Positions 1 to 12,429 of a stretch of 64,000 nt of DNA are shown here, piece after piece. Each line of letters opens with the position of its first letter. The stretch's first letter is position 1. The DNA is from Octopus sinensis (lineage: Eukaryota). Where the stretch lies: the NCBI RefSeq assembly GCF_006345805.1, contig NC_043001.1:55366001-55430000 (forward strand), in the 5' to 3' direction. The notes below the pieces were generated by a model, which was given only the letters and a program-made list of their open reading frames with translations, ran no database searches and was not told the origin of the DNA. The translations under genes and the position numbers were made by a program.

Positions 1-98
1 ATTTTGTAAAATGTCTAAAGTTTATGCAAAGAGAACAAGAAGAATTTTGCAAACAAAAAAAAAAAAATTCAAAGAATAGTTTCATTAGAGCAACATAC

Positions 99-249
99 CT
101 TGAGTTTCAACCATTCTAGATAAAGGACTTGGAGGACTAATACCATGGGCATTCCGAGCTCTCACCAGGAATATATAATTTCTGTTGGGTTTCAGCTTCC
201 GCACTGTGTAACTTTCTAGTGATATGTGATCAGCTGCTGTTACCCAACC
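99..249 (-). CDS. robo: Robo exon, FN3#1 C-terminal half (151 nt, phase 0 to 1); absent from the ORF track
   Basis: cttctgcag|GGTTGGGTA...ACTCAAG|gtatgt; hand translation GWVTAADHISLESYTVRKLKPNRNYIFLVRARNAHGISPPSPLSRMVETQ. Confidence 0.95.
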
Positions 250-765
250 CTGCAGAAGTTTGAATCATTATTAAATTTATCATTATTATTATTAACAATA
301 GTAACAGCAGCAGCAACAAAAAAGATTCTTAGCTATAAGTTCAACAGGTAAGGGCAGACACAGTGGCCATTGAAATAGCCATTTCTTTGTGTGTGTGTGT
401 GTGTGTGTGCATGCCAGCTTAATTTGTCCTTAGTCGAAAGACACCTGTTGTTATGTCCTGTTATTTGAGTTTGTATTTGTGTAACATTCTCCGTTTTTTT
501 TCTCTCCCTTGTTTTCGTATACATTCGCTGCTTTCTTCCAAAGAATCTAATGCTCTTAGCTTAGTTTTTTCTTGGGGCTGGCCATATTGGAGCAATCTCA
601 AGTACAACCAGCTGAAATTGCAAAGATAATCTGGAACTCGACTGAGGACAGAAAACTCCAAATGACCCATCCTTGCTTTCTTTGTATCATCTGTCTGGAT
701 GTTTTGTTGTACCTTTTTTGCATCACCTAACTGTCTGGATGTTTTGCGTTCTTGTCCCATTTTTG

Positions 766-817
<52 letters not shown>

Positions 818-1069
818 TCACAGATACCATTTCTACCATCAGCAGCAATGTCTGAAGATAGTTTCAAAAGAAGTTCAACAGATGGTGAAAGAGGATGGAT
901 ATGAAAGAAACTATACAACAGATAAGCTATAAATCAGCTGTTACTACTTAGCTCTCAGATTGGCTCTGATTCAATAGAGAGACCTATGTTCAAAGGCATT
1001 CCATCTGTGACCATCATGTATTTTTCCTTTTGAGAGGGTATTCAGGGTTTATAGTACCTAATGTACATC

Positions 1070-1700
1070 TTTTAGTGAGACCATAGTGTGTAACTTGAGA
1101 GATATTGTTGCTATTTCTAGCATGTAGAGCACATAAAGGATTTCTTATATGTTTGACATAAAGAAATATATCACATCAAGTCTTGAAGTGATACATTTAA
1201 TATATCACATTAAAAGAGAAAAGTGTAATCTAAGGAAGATTCGGCAGCTATTTTTAGCAGAATGTATGACCTAATAGATGCTTTGTCATCCTTCTGTATA
1301 ATAATCTTTGTTTTTTAAAGACAACTGGGTTGAATTGAAGATCTGGTTTGTTTTTAAAGCATATCAAACAATCGCAAACCTTGTTTCTCCTGTTTAGAAA
1401 GTCAGTCTGTGAATTACAGTGTGATTTGGCTGTTATTTCTAGAAGAACGAATGACCTACATAACTTCCCTCTAGCTCATATATCCTGCTTTATCTGTTCA
1501 TTTTCAAGACAACAGGGTGCTCCTTGAGACAGGGAAATTTGTCTGCTATTTCTAGAATGATAAAGAACCACATAGACATTCCCACTTTTACTTGTGTACC
1601 TTGATAATTATGTCCTCTTTTTACGACAGCAGAGTGAGAGTTGAAGATTTGACTGTTATTTCTAGCCGAATGAGTGACCACCAAGAAACCTTGTTACTGG
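1070..1700 (+). repeat. Degenerate cluster of about six 100-bp units
   Basis: Recurrent GAGATTTGGCTGYTATTTCTAG..GAGTGACC motif near 1098, 1237, 1338, 1422, 1533 and 1644; single copies elsewhere (e.g. 10196). Confidence 0.6.
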
Positions 1701-3322
1701 TTCATGCTTAAGACAGTGGGTTAGATATCTGGTTTAAAAACAGGTTCATAAGATCCATTCAAATGGAAAAAGGAATCTATTTTTGAAGATGCAGTAGAGC
1801 ATGTATGGGTGATAATAATGAAGATTGAAGAGACATCCTTGCTGTTGTACATTGATTGCTCTTGTGTGAAAGGATAAGGATTATCTGTCAATGAAGATTT
1901 CTTAATCAGGAAGATAATTTTATATGAAAATCAGTGAAGAGTTTTAACGGATAAAATCCTGTTTTAAATAGCTTCAAATTCACTCTTTTCTTTCACCCTT
2001 TCCATCATGACATAAAAAAAAAATATAAACAAAAAAAGTCACGCTGAGCAACCAACCCCACCCAGCCACCCATCTATTCGTTATTACCACAGTCGCCTCA
2101 ATCATTACCACTATGACTGACAAACCAGCATCACAACAGCCTCACCAATATCATCATCACCACCACTACTACAACCTCACAACAATTATCACTACTATAA
2201 ACACCACCACCATAACCACGTTTCCCACCTTTAGATTTTACAAATCTTCAAGTCATTACCCCACCACCACCTCCACTACTTTTACCATTGCTGCCACCAC
2301 TACCACCACTACCATAAGTCCAAAATCCAATCACCTTACTCCATTTGCATTTTACACTTCTTTATCCCAATTTTTTTCTTTTATGACTGTTTTATCTTAT
2401 TTTTATTCTTTTTCCTCCTCATTTTTTCAATTCTTCTTCTCCTTCACATTGCCTTTTATTCCCCCTATTTCCTTTCTTTTTATCTTTCTTATCTTCCTTA
2501 ACCCTTCCCAGATTTGATGCCCATCACTCAAGAGTCGATAAGATAAATACCAGTGATGTTATCATGTGTCTCTCCCTCTGAAATATGTGGTATGATGCTG
2601 GTGTTAATTTTTTTTTTTACTATCATAAATAGATATATAGTAAGGAAAATGACAATAGATAGAAATATTGGTAGAGTACCTAACAAAATGTTGGTAAAAG
2701 AAATGGACAAAATATTTGAAAAGAAGAAAAGACTATCTGTGGGGCAGAAGACAAAATATTGGTCATGGTGATCCTGGATTTGTAAGCTTCTTTGATTGGC
2801 CCTACTGGAGAATCTCAAGAATCAGGACAGCATCATCCATCATTATTTAATGTCTGTTTTCCATGCTGGCATGGGTTGGATGGTTTGACCTGAGCTAGCA
2901 AGCAGGGTGAGCTGCACCAGGTTCTAATCTGACTTGGCTTGATTTCTATGGCTGGATGCCCTTCCTAACAGCAAACACTTTAGAGTGTACTGGGTGCTTT
3001 TTACATGGTGCCAGCATGAATGCCTTCATGTGGCACTGGCATGGGTGCTATTACATGGGGTCAGCATAGGAACTTTTTATGCGGCACCAGCACTGAGCTC
3101 TTGCAGGTCAATCTTCTTCAGAAGAGGGAGCAGCATTAATAATCCTGCTGTGGAGGATAAGTTTTGCATACTTCCATGTGTTCACTTATATGAATATCAT
3201 ATATACTTTTTATCCTATCTCTTTTATCCTTCCCATCCTCTTTTTTACATAACCTTCTCCTATAAACTGCCCTCCTCAACAGATGCCACTGTGGAAAATA
3301 AGAAAAACAAATTGTCGTCATC

Positions 3323-3363
<41 letters not shown>

Positions 3364-4258
3364 TATTATTACTATCATGAAGCTATGACAAGCTATTTTA
3401 GTCAGCAGAGGATGTTGTCTTAATGTTTGGTGACAAATCCTCTTAAAATTCCAAGAATCTTTTTTGACATACTAGCAAAAGACAGGACAACACTTTTCTA
3501 CAGGTCAACAATTCCAATATCATTCGGGCATCCTAGGCAGATGTTTGAGTGTTGTCCTAAGTGCACTAATTACTACAGGTAAAATTGTCACTTTATTTCA
3601 TCTGTCTGGCTTGGTCCTCATATTTATCAATTTCTTTGGTATACTCTATAAGTCTATAATTTTACACTTTTTTTCCCTTTTTGTCCTCAGTATTATCTAA
3701 TCTCCTTGCTTCAATATTATGGTTAATCTTTTCAGAAAAATCTCATAAATCCTGAAATTATCATCCACCATCACAACCTCAAGCTCATGTCCATGCCACT
3801 TTTCAATCACTTTGAACCCACACACTTTGCTATCATCACAATATTCTCTTTTACTAACACCATCATCTCAATTTTCTCTTGCTCACTGCATTCATTTAAG
3901 AGATGATTAATACTTTTGTCTCCTTTTCCAGATTCTGAATTTATAACAGAATTTTACATTCTTATTTTTTCATACATATCTCTGAAACCAGTAAGACCGA
4001 CATAATATACCTCTTAAATGCAACTAGATGGCAACAGGAAAAACATGACCTGGGAAAGAATTTCAGAGGGATAATATTTTGGGGAGCAAGGACTGGATGT
4101 TGTGGTTAGTGTAGGAACTTTCTAGTAGGATGTTCTGAGACAGAATTTTTGGCAGGATGCTTTTTTTTTTATGCTAACCATTTTAAGACATAGGAATATA
4201 ATTTACCTATTATTGTTATTATGTACATGATGAAGAGCAGGAAAAAACAATGACTTAC

Positions 4259-4449
4259 ATTTCCACTCTGCGGACTGAAATATTCTACAATAAATTCATA
4301 TAGAGGTGAACCCCCTTTATGTATACTAGGACGCCAAGAAAGATGGACAGTTGTATCTGTGACACTGCTGATTTCAGGTTGGGATGGAGCTCCAGGTAAC
4401 TGGTTTTGTTGCGGTGCTCGATGGTATTGCACATTAGTTGCTTCAGGAC
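4259..4449 (-). CDS. robo: Robo exon, Ig5-FN3 linker and FN3#1 N-terminal half (191 nt, phase 1 to 0)
   Basis: ttctttcag|GTCCTGAA...GGAAAT|gtaagt; (S)PEATNVQYHRAPQQNQLPGAPSQPEISSVTDTTVHLSWRPSIHKGGSPLYEFIVEYFSPQSGN. Confidence 0.95.
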
Positions 4450-5059
4450 CTGAAAGAATGAAACAAAGTGCTGTTAGAAATACATCAATATTTGGAAATT
4501 ATGTCATTTTATTATAATGTATTTAAACATAATCTAAGACCGTAAAATAGTTCTCAAAAATGGTTGATTACTATCTCTAAACCATGTCGAATGTAAAATT
4601 CATTACTATAACTAGCGGTAAGAAACAATGTAAACTGAACAAGTGTTCCATTAGGTTGCAATGCTGAGCTCAAGCCTTGCAACGGGCGTGATAAAGTCAT
4701 TAAGCAAAGCCAATGAAACAGACTCTACATGGTTGTTTATTTTGCTAGAAATACCAGCCAAATCTCCCTACCATCTTAAAAAATGAAAAATACATAAGAT
4801 AATATAGACATGGATACATTATGACTTTTAAAAATAGACAACAGTTGTAAGGTTTTCTATATTGGGTTTATTGGATGTGGATGATCTAGATCCACAATAG
4901 TATAAACAACAAAAACAATGAAAGACTAGTGTCTACAGTTGTCTTAGTCAACCGAGTTAAAACTGTTATGCTTTAGATATTTTGTAACAGTGTTTTACAT
5001 TCTTTTTTTTTTAAAAGAAAAAACAGGTTGCACCTTTAGACATTATTACATAGTTTCTG

Positions 5060-6700
5060 AGACTAGTAAGATTGATATGGTTCATGGTCCTCTTGGACTG
5101 CAACTTGATGGCAGCAGGAAAAACATGGATTGGAGAGGAATTCCAGAGAGATTGTGTTCCAGGAAGGACTAGATGTTGTAGTTAATGTAGGGTCTAAGAG
5201 GAAGAGGACTTGGAAGTGCCATAGTGAAGGTGGTATGTCACAAGCTAATTTCAAGTCACAGACATCTGTATTACAGGTAGAAAAGGTAGAGAAGACAACA
5301 CATCTGTGGTCCTTAGATTGGAGAATGTTGGTAAGTGAATCTATGCCAAACTTGATATGCACAGGTAAAAATGAAAGCCATCCTTTGTTACTAAGACGCA
5401 ACCAAAAGGAATAGACATAAGCAATGGGGTTGCCATGAAATTCTAAAACATTTTTCACCGAAGCTTCTTTGGACTGTCATTTGCTGACCAACAACTGAGT
5501 CATACAATATCAAAGGTTTTATTCAAAATGATTTAGTCATATTATTCTAACTATGATTACACATTTTTATATATCACGTGAAATGACTGTGTTCTTTCAA
5601 TTCTTTTTACTTTTTTAGCAATCATTTCCTGACAAAAACAAAAACCAAATAACAATTTTCACACAATCAAAATCAGTTCCAAACAGTTTTCCTCTTCAGT
5701 TGATAATTCCAAGAGGAATCTGAATCAACCACAGATCAAGCAGAATGTATTTGTTCTCAAGAAACCTAATTTCTGATATGTCAACAATTGAAAATTTCCC
5801 AGCAGACATAATCTAGAATATTGATTTATTTTGGCAAGCCACAAGGGACAGTTGGCAATTGTTATATATATTTCCCTGATTCGCAGAGGAAAGCCACAGC
5901 GAACTGAACATGAAACAGAGAGATAATGATAAAGACACAAGAAAGTATCTCTATTCTTATATTTTTTCTTAGCTTAATCAATAGGAAGGTGCAGTGCCCA
6001 TGACCTTTGTTGGCCTTCTGAGACTGTATATATACACGGCATATATTAATCTTGAACATCTTGTAGTTCAACATCAACAGGAAAATTTGAGAGGCAAGAG
6101 AATTTTGAAGGATAAATGTTTTTCAGTGGTAAGGCTGAGAAACGGTAAATGAAGAATCTAGATACAGGTTGCAACAAAGTAGGAATAAGGAAAGGAAAAG
6201 AGACAGGTGTGTTGACTGGGTTTAGGAGGTATGCAGCTAGCTAGGTAGGCAGTGCAGGGGATGTTGGAGTAGTGGTGTAATAGGCAGAAAGAGAGCAGAC
6301 AGTACATCTGTAATCCAGAAGTTGTTGGTAACTGAGTCTTTGTCAATCAGTCAGATGGTGTTTCTTCAGATGTGATCTTAAATGTTAGTGTGAAATGACA
6401 ACAACCATCCAAAATATAAGAGTAGTACTCAATTTGGGATCTCATATATATTTTGTGGAAGGCCAACAACTGATCAAGACTGAGACACTTTTAGATCCAG
6501 AAAAGAATGGTTAGTCTTTGCCAAGCAGCTTTAGCCCTGTTATAAATGTAAGATCACTATGGAAAATCATCAAGGATTGTGACATCTAATATTTGCAAAG
6601 TGTTAATTGTCTATTGTCCAATATTACAGAAGATAAAATAAAAAGTTGTTAACATGATTATGGGTAGTGAGTGTGTCTTTGTGATGTCAAAAGTAACTAG
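5060..6700 (-). mobile_element. Highly decayed CR1/L2-like LINE fragment (a similar 3' end at about 4020-4165)
   Basis: Minus-strand PGTQSLWNSSPIHVFP resembles the FFPRTxxLWNxLP C-terminal motif; the rest is too decayed to align by eye. Confidence 0.5.
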
Positions 6701-8199
6701 CCTGTTACATTCATTATAGTGTATTTTCAACACCTTTGTTGAGGGAAGCAGGATAGCTTTCATGTGAAGTGCCTTAGTTGCATTTGAATTAAGTCACTGT
6801 GTTGAAGGTTAAAGAAAAGTGAAGAATGCCATCATCTGTATCATTGAACTTTCTATCATTAACCTCTTTTAAAAATCCCTAATTCAGACACAATCTAAAT
6901 GCTGATCTTTATGGGTTTTTTTTTTTATTCTTTATCTCCATTATGTTTCATCCCTTCTGTACTGCACAAAAGTCTGTACTTGAATAGTTCTAGTAGCATA
7001 TCAATTTCTCTATGAGAAGAAATTTCTTGTCTCTTGCTTTAACCCTTTTATACCTCAACATCATGATTTTCCTCACAATACAACATAGCTGAAAGAGAGA
7101 GAGAGAGAGAGAGAGAGAAGGAGGGGGAAGAAGAAGAAGAAACCCTTGCACTTGGCTGGTGCATTATCAACCTCAAAAGAATGAAAAGTTGACATGGTAG
7201 GATTTGAACATTTGAGTGCAGAGAACTGGCACCAATACCATGAGATATTAATTCTATCTGATGCTCTTATGACACTACAAATTCACCAACTTTTAATAAA
7301 CCATAAATATTTTATAATCTGATGATTTATTTAATGTATAATTGATTGAATTATTCTCAGTAGATTTCTGGTATTTTTTTTTCTAAAAGACATTGGAGGA
7401 AGGAAAACAGAGATAACAGCAATTCTTGGTAAAAATCCATAACCCGATTCTTGGGGTTAGAGTTGAGTTTCTTTGTGTTTAATGAAATTTACATTGATAT
7501 TTTCATCATGGATTGGGTTCCTACAATAAGAATTTGAACAGCTTTCATTCCACTACTTTTATCGTCTAAAATAAGTACCAGACAAAATATTGGTTTCAAA
7601 TTTTGGCACAAGGCCAGCAGGTTAGGCGGCAGGGACTAAGTCAATTAAATCAACCCCAGTGTTTAACTGGTACTCATTTTATCGACCTTGAAAGGATGAA
7701 AGGCAAAGTAGACCTCAATAGAATTTGAACTCAGAATGTAAAGACAGACGAAATCTTGTTAAGCATTTTTGTCTAGTGCAGTAAAGATTCTGCCCACTTG
7801 TCACCTTGAGGACCAGACAAAATAATGAGGGCTGAAATAGTCCATAAAAATTTTTGAAAATCATTCAAAGCAGTATCCCAGCATAGTTGTAATCCAATGA
7901 TTGAAATCCGTAAAAGAAAGAATAAAAATACATCAGCACTAATCAAAGGTAATTTTTTAAAATAATGTACAGCTCCTTTTTGCTGTTTTCTCATACACAA
8001 TGTTTTATGCTTCCACTGGAAAAATATACTTCTATATGTGGTACTGTCATTTTTGTCATGAAGGAAACCTAATCAACTTTTACTTGAGCTGACTCAAAGC
8101 AATATACCATTTAGGGGCAACCCACATATGCAAATATAAATTGCCTGCGTGTTTACTTAGACTTTAATTGTTTTACCAGCATTTTTAGCTGTGGGCATC

Positions 8200-9610
8200 C
8201 TATCTACACTATGTGGTTATGGCTTTTCTAAAATCTACAAATCAAAAAATATAGTTTAACTTTTAAAATGGTAAAAGGGCTGTTGATTGAGGAGATTCGA
8301 AATTATAAAAAAGAAGTTGTGCTTCTCTTCATTGACATCTTTAAGTTGTTTGACTCTATTGACAAGAATGTTATATTAGGGATCCTGCTTATGGTGTTGA
8401 TTTTTTTGAGATGAACACTGGAGTCCTACAAGGTAATCCTTTGGCTATCTTTCTCTTCATTGTGACTCTGGATTATGCTTTGAGAAGTGCCATTACGCCA
8501 TCAGATGTAATTACATTCAAGAGATGTCAGAGCTCACACTAACCAGCAGAGTTGTTTGCAGAACTTGCATGTACAGATAACATCTGCTTTCTTGAAGACA
8601 ATTTGTCAGCAGCCCAGGGTTTACTCCACCAATTGTGAGAGCTACCCAGGAACTTGGTTTGTTTTTGAATGCATTGAAAATGATGTACATGCACCGAGAG
8701 GTATCCATCACTTCTCTGTTGTGTTCACTTGATGGATCCAAAATTGAAAAAGTTGAGTTCAAGTACCTGGGTGGTTACATAAAACTTGTTAAGTTGTATG
8801 GCTTAGTGGTTAGGGTATTTGGCTCATGATCATAAGGTTGTGAGTTCAATTCCTGGTGATGCATTGTGTCCTTGAGCAAGACACTTTATTTCACGTTGCT
8901 TCAGTCCACTCAGCTGGCAAAAATGAGCAGTACCTGTATTTCAAAAGGGCCAGCCGTGTCACATTCTGTGACATGTTGAATCTCCCTGAGGACTATGTTA
9001 AGGGTACATGTGGCTGTGGAGTGCTCAGCCACATACTTATTAATTTTATGAGCAGTCTGTTCCATTGATCAAATCACCTGGAACTTTTGCCATCATAACC
9101 AACCGAGTGCTCCACCAACACTTCTTTTTGATATCCCTACCCAAATTGGTCAGGACTGGGTGTGAGGCTTAACCACTCCCTTTCTATTGTCTGGACTGCA
9201 TTAATCAATCAAACCACCAGAATCAGAGTTTTCAAAGATACTGTGGAATCAATCCTTTATGGCTCAGAGTCATGGACCCTGACAAGGAAGTCTCTTGCAT
9301 AGTTAATATCCCTTGGCAGTTACACACAACAAACAAGATCTTATATAGGTGTCTTCCAAAGATTTCAATGGTTATAAGAAAATGTTGCCTAGCCCTTGCT
9401 GGACATGTAATGAGACAAAGTGAAACTGGTGTGGTAGTTCTGTTATTGCCTTCTGACATCACTTGTAGACATGGTGATCCAAACATGACCCTCAAGAAGA
9501 TCATTGAGGAAGACTTTGAACTACATGGCAGTGTCTTGATGAATGTCATGCCAGATCATGATATATGGACATGGAGAAACCTCATAGTGACATCAACTGG
9601 TGGTGCATGA
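8200..9610 (+). mobile_element. Decayed RTE-like LINE reverse transcriptase fragment interrupted by a SINE
   Basis: LLFIDIFKLFDSID, GVLQGNPLAIFLFIVTLDYALR, ELACTDNICFL (decayed YADD region), VEFKYLGGYI, LALAGHVMR remnants. Confidence 0.75.
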
Positions 9611-9744
9611 TTTGAAGAATGGCAGTTGTTATTGTTGTTTAACCCAAGACTGACTTTGATTGCAAGGATTTATGATGAAAAATTCCAGCCATGACCATCC
9701 CATTTTGTATTCAGGCATAATGTATCTAGGCCTACATAATCTTT

Positions 9745-10152
9745 CTTTTGCTCTTTTACTTGTTTCAGTCATTTGACTGCAGCCATGCTGGAGCACCGCC
9801 TTTAATCGAACAAATCGCCCCCAGGACTTATTCTTTGTAAGCCTAGTACTTATTCTATTGGTCTCTTTTGCTGAACCGCTAAGTGACGGGGACGTAAACA
9901 CACCAGCATCAGTTGTCAAGTGATGTTGGGGGACAAACACAGACACAAAAGCACACATACACACACACATATATATATATATCTATCTACGAAGGGCTTC
10001 TTTCAGTTTCCATCTCCCAAATTCACTCACAAGGCTTTGGTCGGCCCGAAGCTATAGTAGAAGATACTTGCCCAAGGTGTTACGCAGTGAGACTGAACCC
10101 AGAACCATGTGGCTGGTAAGCAAGCTACTTATCACACAGCCACTCCTGCACC
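9745..10152 (-). mobile_element. tRNA-derived SINE family A copy
   Basis: Collinear with 56490-56915. Confidence 0.85.
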
Positions 10153-11451
10153 TAGTAAGATCATTTTTAAAAGTATGATAGAGTTTGGTTTGAGGGAGAT
10201 TTGGCTGCTGTTTCTAGCGTGTTGCAGAACCATGTTGCATTAGTGCAAGATTTAGTTGTTTTATATTGAGCAGGTTGAGTGATGAAATAAACACTTTCTT
10301 CTTTATTTGGATGTACAAATAAAATGTGTGGTAGACGGTGGTGGTGGAGTGACAAGTTAACATTTTCCTTGTATGTTGTCTTTAAGCATAGAATTGCTTG
10401 GGAACCATTGCTCAACATAAAGACAAATGAAATCCTATCACTTTTGCATCTCTCCATCTTGTGTTAGTAATGGAGTTTAGCAGAGTGATTGAGACATTCT
10501 GAATTTTATTTCTTATTTTATGCATTCTTTAAAAATAAAACAAAACAAAGAAGAAAAAAAACCCAAAAGACAAAAATATAAAAAAGACTGTCGAAAACAG
10601 TGAGTGTTTTAGTCAGAGCAAACAAAACTATTTTCTGTTTCTGCCTCTGCAAATTATCATCAGTGATGTTTTTTTGATTGACATCAACATTTGCAAACGC
10701 CCAGGCAATCTTCACTGGCTAATAGACACACACACACACACACACACAACACACACAATGCATATACACACTTCCAGTTTCCCACTACAGATTATTGGTG
10801 AGCACCCTTATTTCAACACCCATTATTTACTCTCACCAATTGCATCATGCATCTGTCTTTCTATCACTTTCTTCCCTGTCCGTCTGTCTGTCTGTCAGTC
10901 TGTGTGTCTCTAGCCACCATCCATCCATCCATCCATCCATCCACCCGCCCACCCACCATTACTTCTGTTACACACTATGCTGAGATAGAACATCAGGAAC
11001 CGAAAGTATGTCAGCTTTAATGAAAATAAAGAAAACAGGAATAACTACAGCAAAACTAACTGAAACAAGAGCAATTAAAACAACAACAAAAACAGTAACA
11101 ATAACAATAGCAACAACATACAACAGAAATATTAACAGCAACAGCAGTAAAAAGCGAAAATTACAATGACAAGGATAAACAAAAACACATCAAAAGCTAA
11201 ACTAAAACGCATACCTCTACCACCAACTCCACAAAAAAGAGAGAAAAATATGAAAACAACTCAAAAGACAAAAAAAAAAAAAAGGGTCAATGGTTATAAA
11301 AATTTGCCACAACAATGCAACAGAAGTGCTTATAATATAGAAATAGATGCAATTCTTGATAACAAATAGAACTTGTTAGAGAAGAAAAATATTAAACGCT
11401 TATCAGGAAACCCAGTGGTCATAAACAGAGCAGTTATGCATGCTAATATCT

Positions 11452-11807
11452 TTAAATATTGAGGGCTGCTTTAAATGAATAGTGATTGTGTTGAGGGTGG
11501 AAGAAAGAGAGAGCTCTATAATTTTGAGGAGCTGCTGAAGCAGAAATGGCAGCAGCTGACAGAGTCGTCACTCTACTTGATGTGAACAGCTGCAATTTCT
11601 CGGCTGCCAAGCATGGTCTTAATGCACTCTGACGTGGTAAAGTGTTTCTTAATGCGTTACTGACAGGCTGGAATGACCCCCCTGATGCAGAGTGACAAAG
11701 TGGAGCGACCTTTAGGCTTGCAAAATGTGAGAGGTGGATTGGATGGGTGGAGCTATGCAAAGGGTGCATACCATTATATGTGCTGAAGTATGAAATTTTG
11801 TGTCTTG
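11452..11807 (-). CDS. Candidate alternative terminal exon of robo after Ig5 (118-aa Ser/Ala/His-rich tail, then stop)
   Basis: Acceptor tttttttcatgtctgtcatttag| in phase 1 reads TRHKISYFSTYNG into the 105-aa ORF 11452..11769. Repeat-free island with more balanced base composition than its flanks. No transcript evidence available. Confidence 0.45.
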
Positions 11808-12429
11808 CTAAATGACAGACATGAAAAAAAGGTCATTGGTAATGGGTTAGTTTCCACCATCAAATGTCAACCAACCGAATCAAATATATATATATATATA
11901 TATACCTACGAACACACATGTACAGATAGTTACAAAATTGTTTAATTCTGTCAACTTACATAAAATACACACACACAGATGTGTGTGGTCAGCATGTACA
12001 CATACATACAAATTGGTCACAATTTCTGGGCTTTACCCAGGTGGCCTGTGTTCAAATCACAGCATGGATGTGTGTGTGTTGGGCAGTTTGAGAGAAGCTG
12101 GTTAGACAGAAGACTGCATCAAACTTCACTCTGTTTTGGCATGGTTTTAATGGCTGGATGCCCTTTTTAACACCAACAACATCCATTAAACGATGATGAT
12201 CTATGTATGTGTGTATATGCATATATATATATATACACACACACAAATATATATACATATATATTTGTTCACACATACATACATATGCACACAGATATAT
12301 ACATGCATGGAAAGGGTTAGAGATAGGAAGAGCCCCTGGTTGTAAAAGCATTGCCTCAAATAACTCCTTGCACAGCCCAAACTAGGAAGGTAAAATTGAT
12401 ATTAAATGAACAAATCACACACACACACA

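Noticed and set aside
2040-2520. His/Thr-rich then Phe-rich 134-aa ORF resembling a membrane protein
   Set aside because: Low-complexity (CAC/CAT)n and pyrimidine tract with no homology or splice support.
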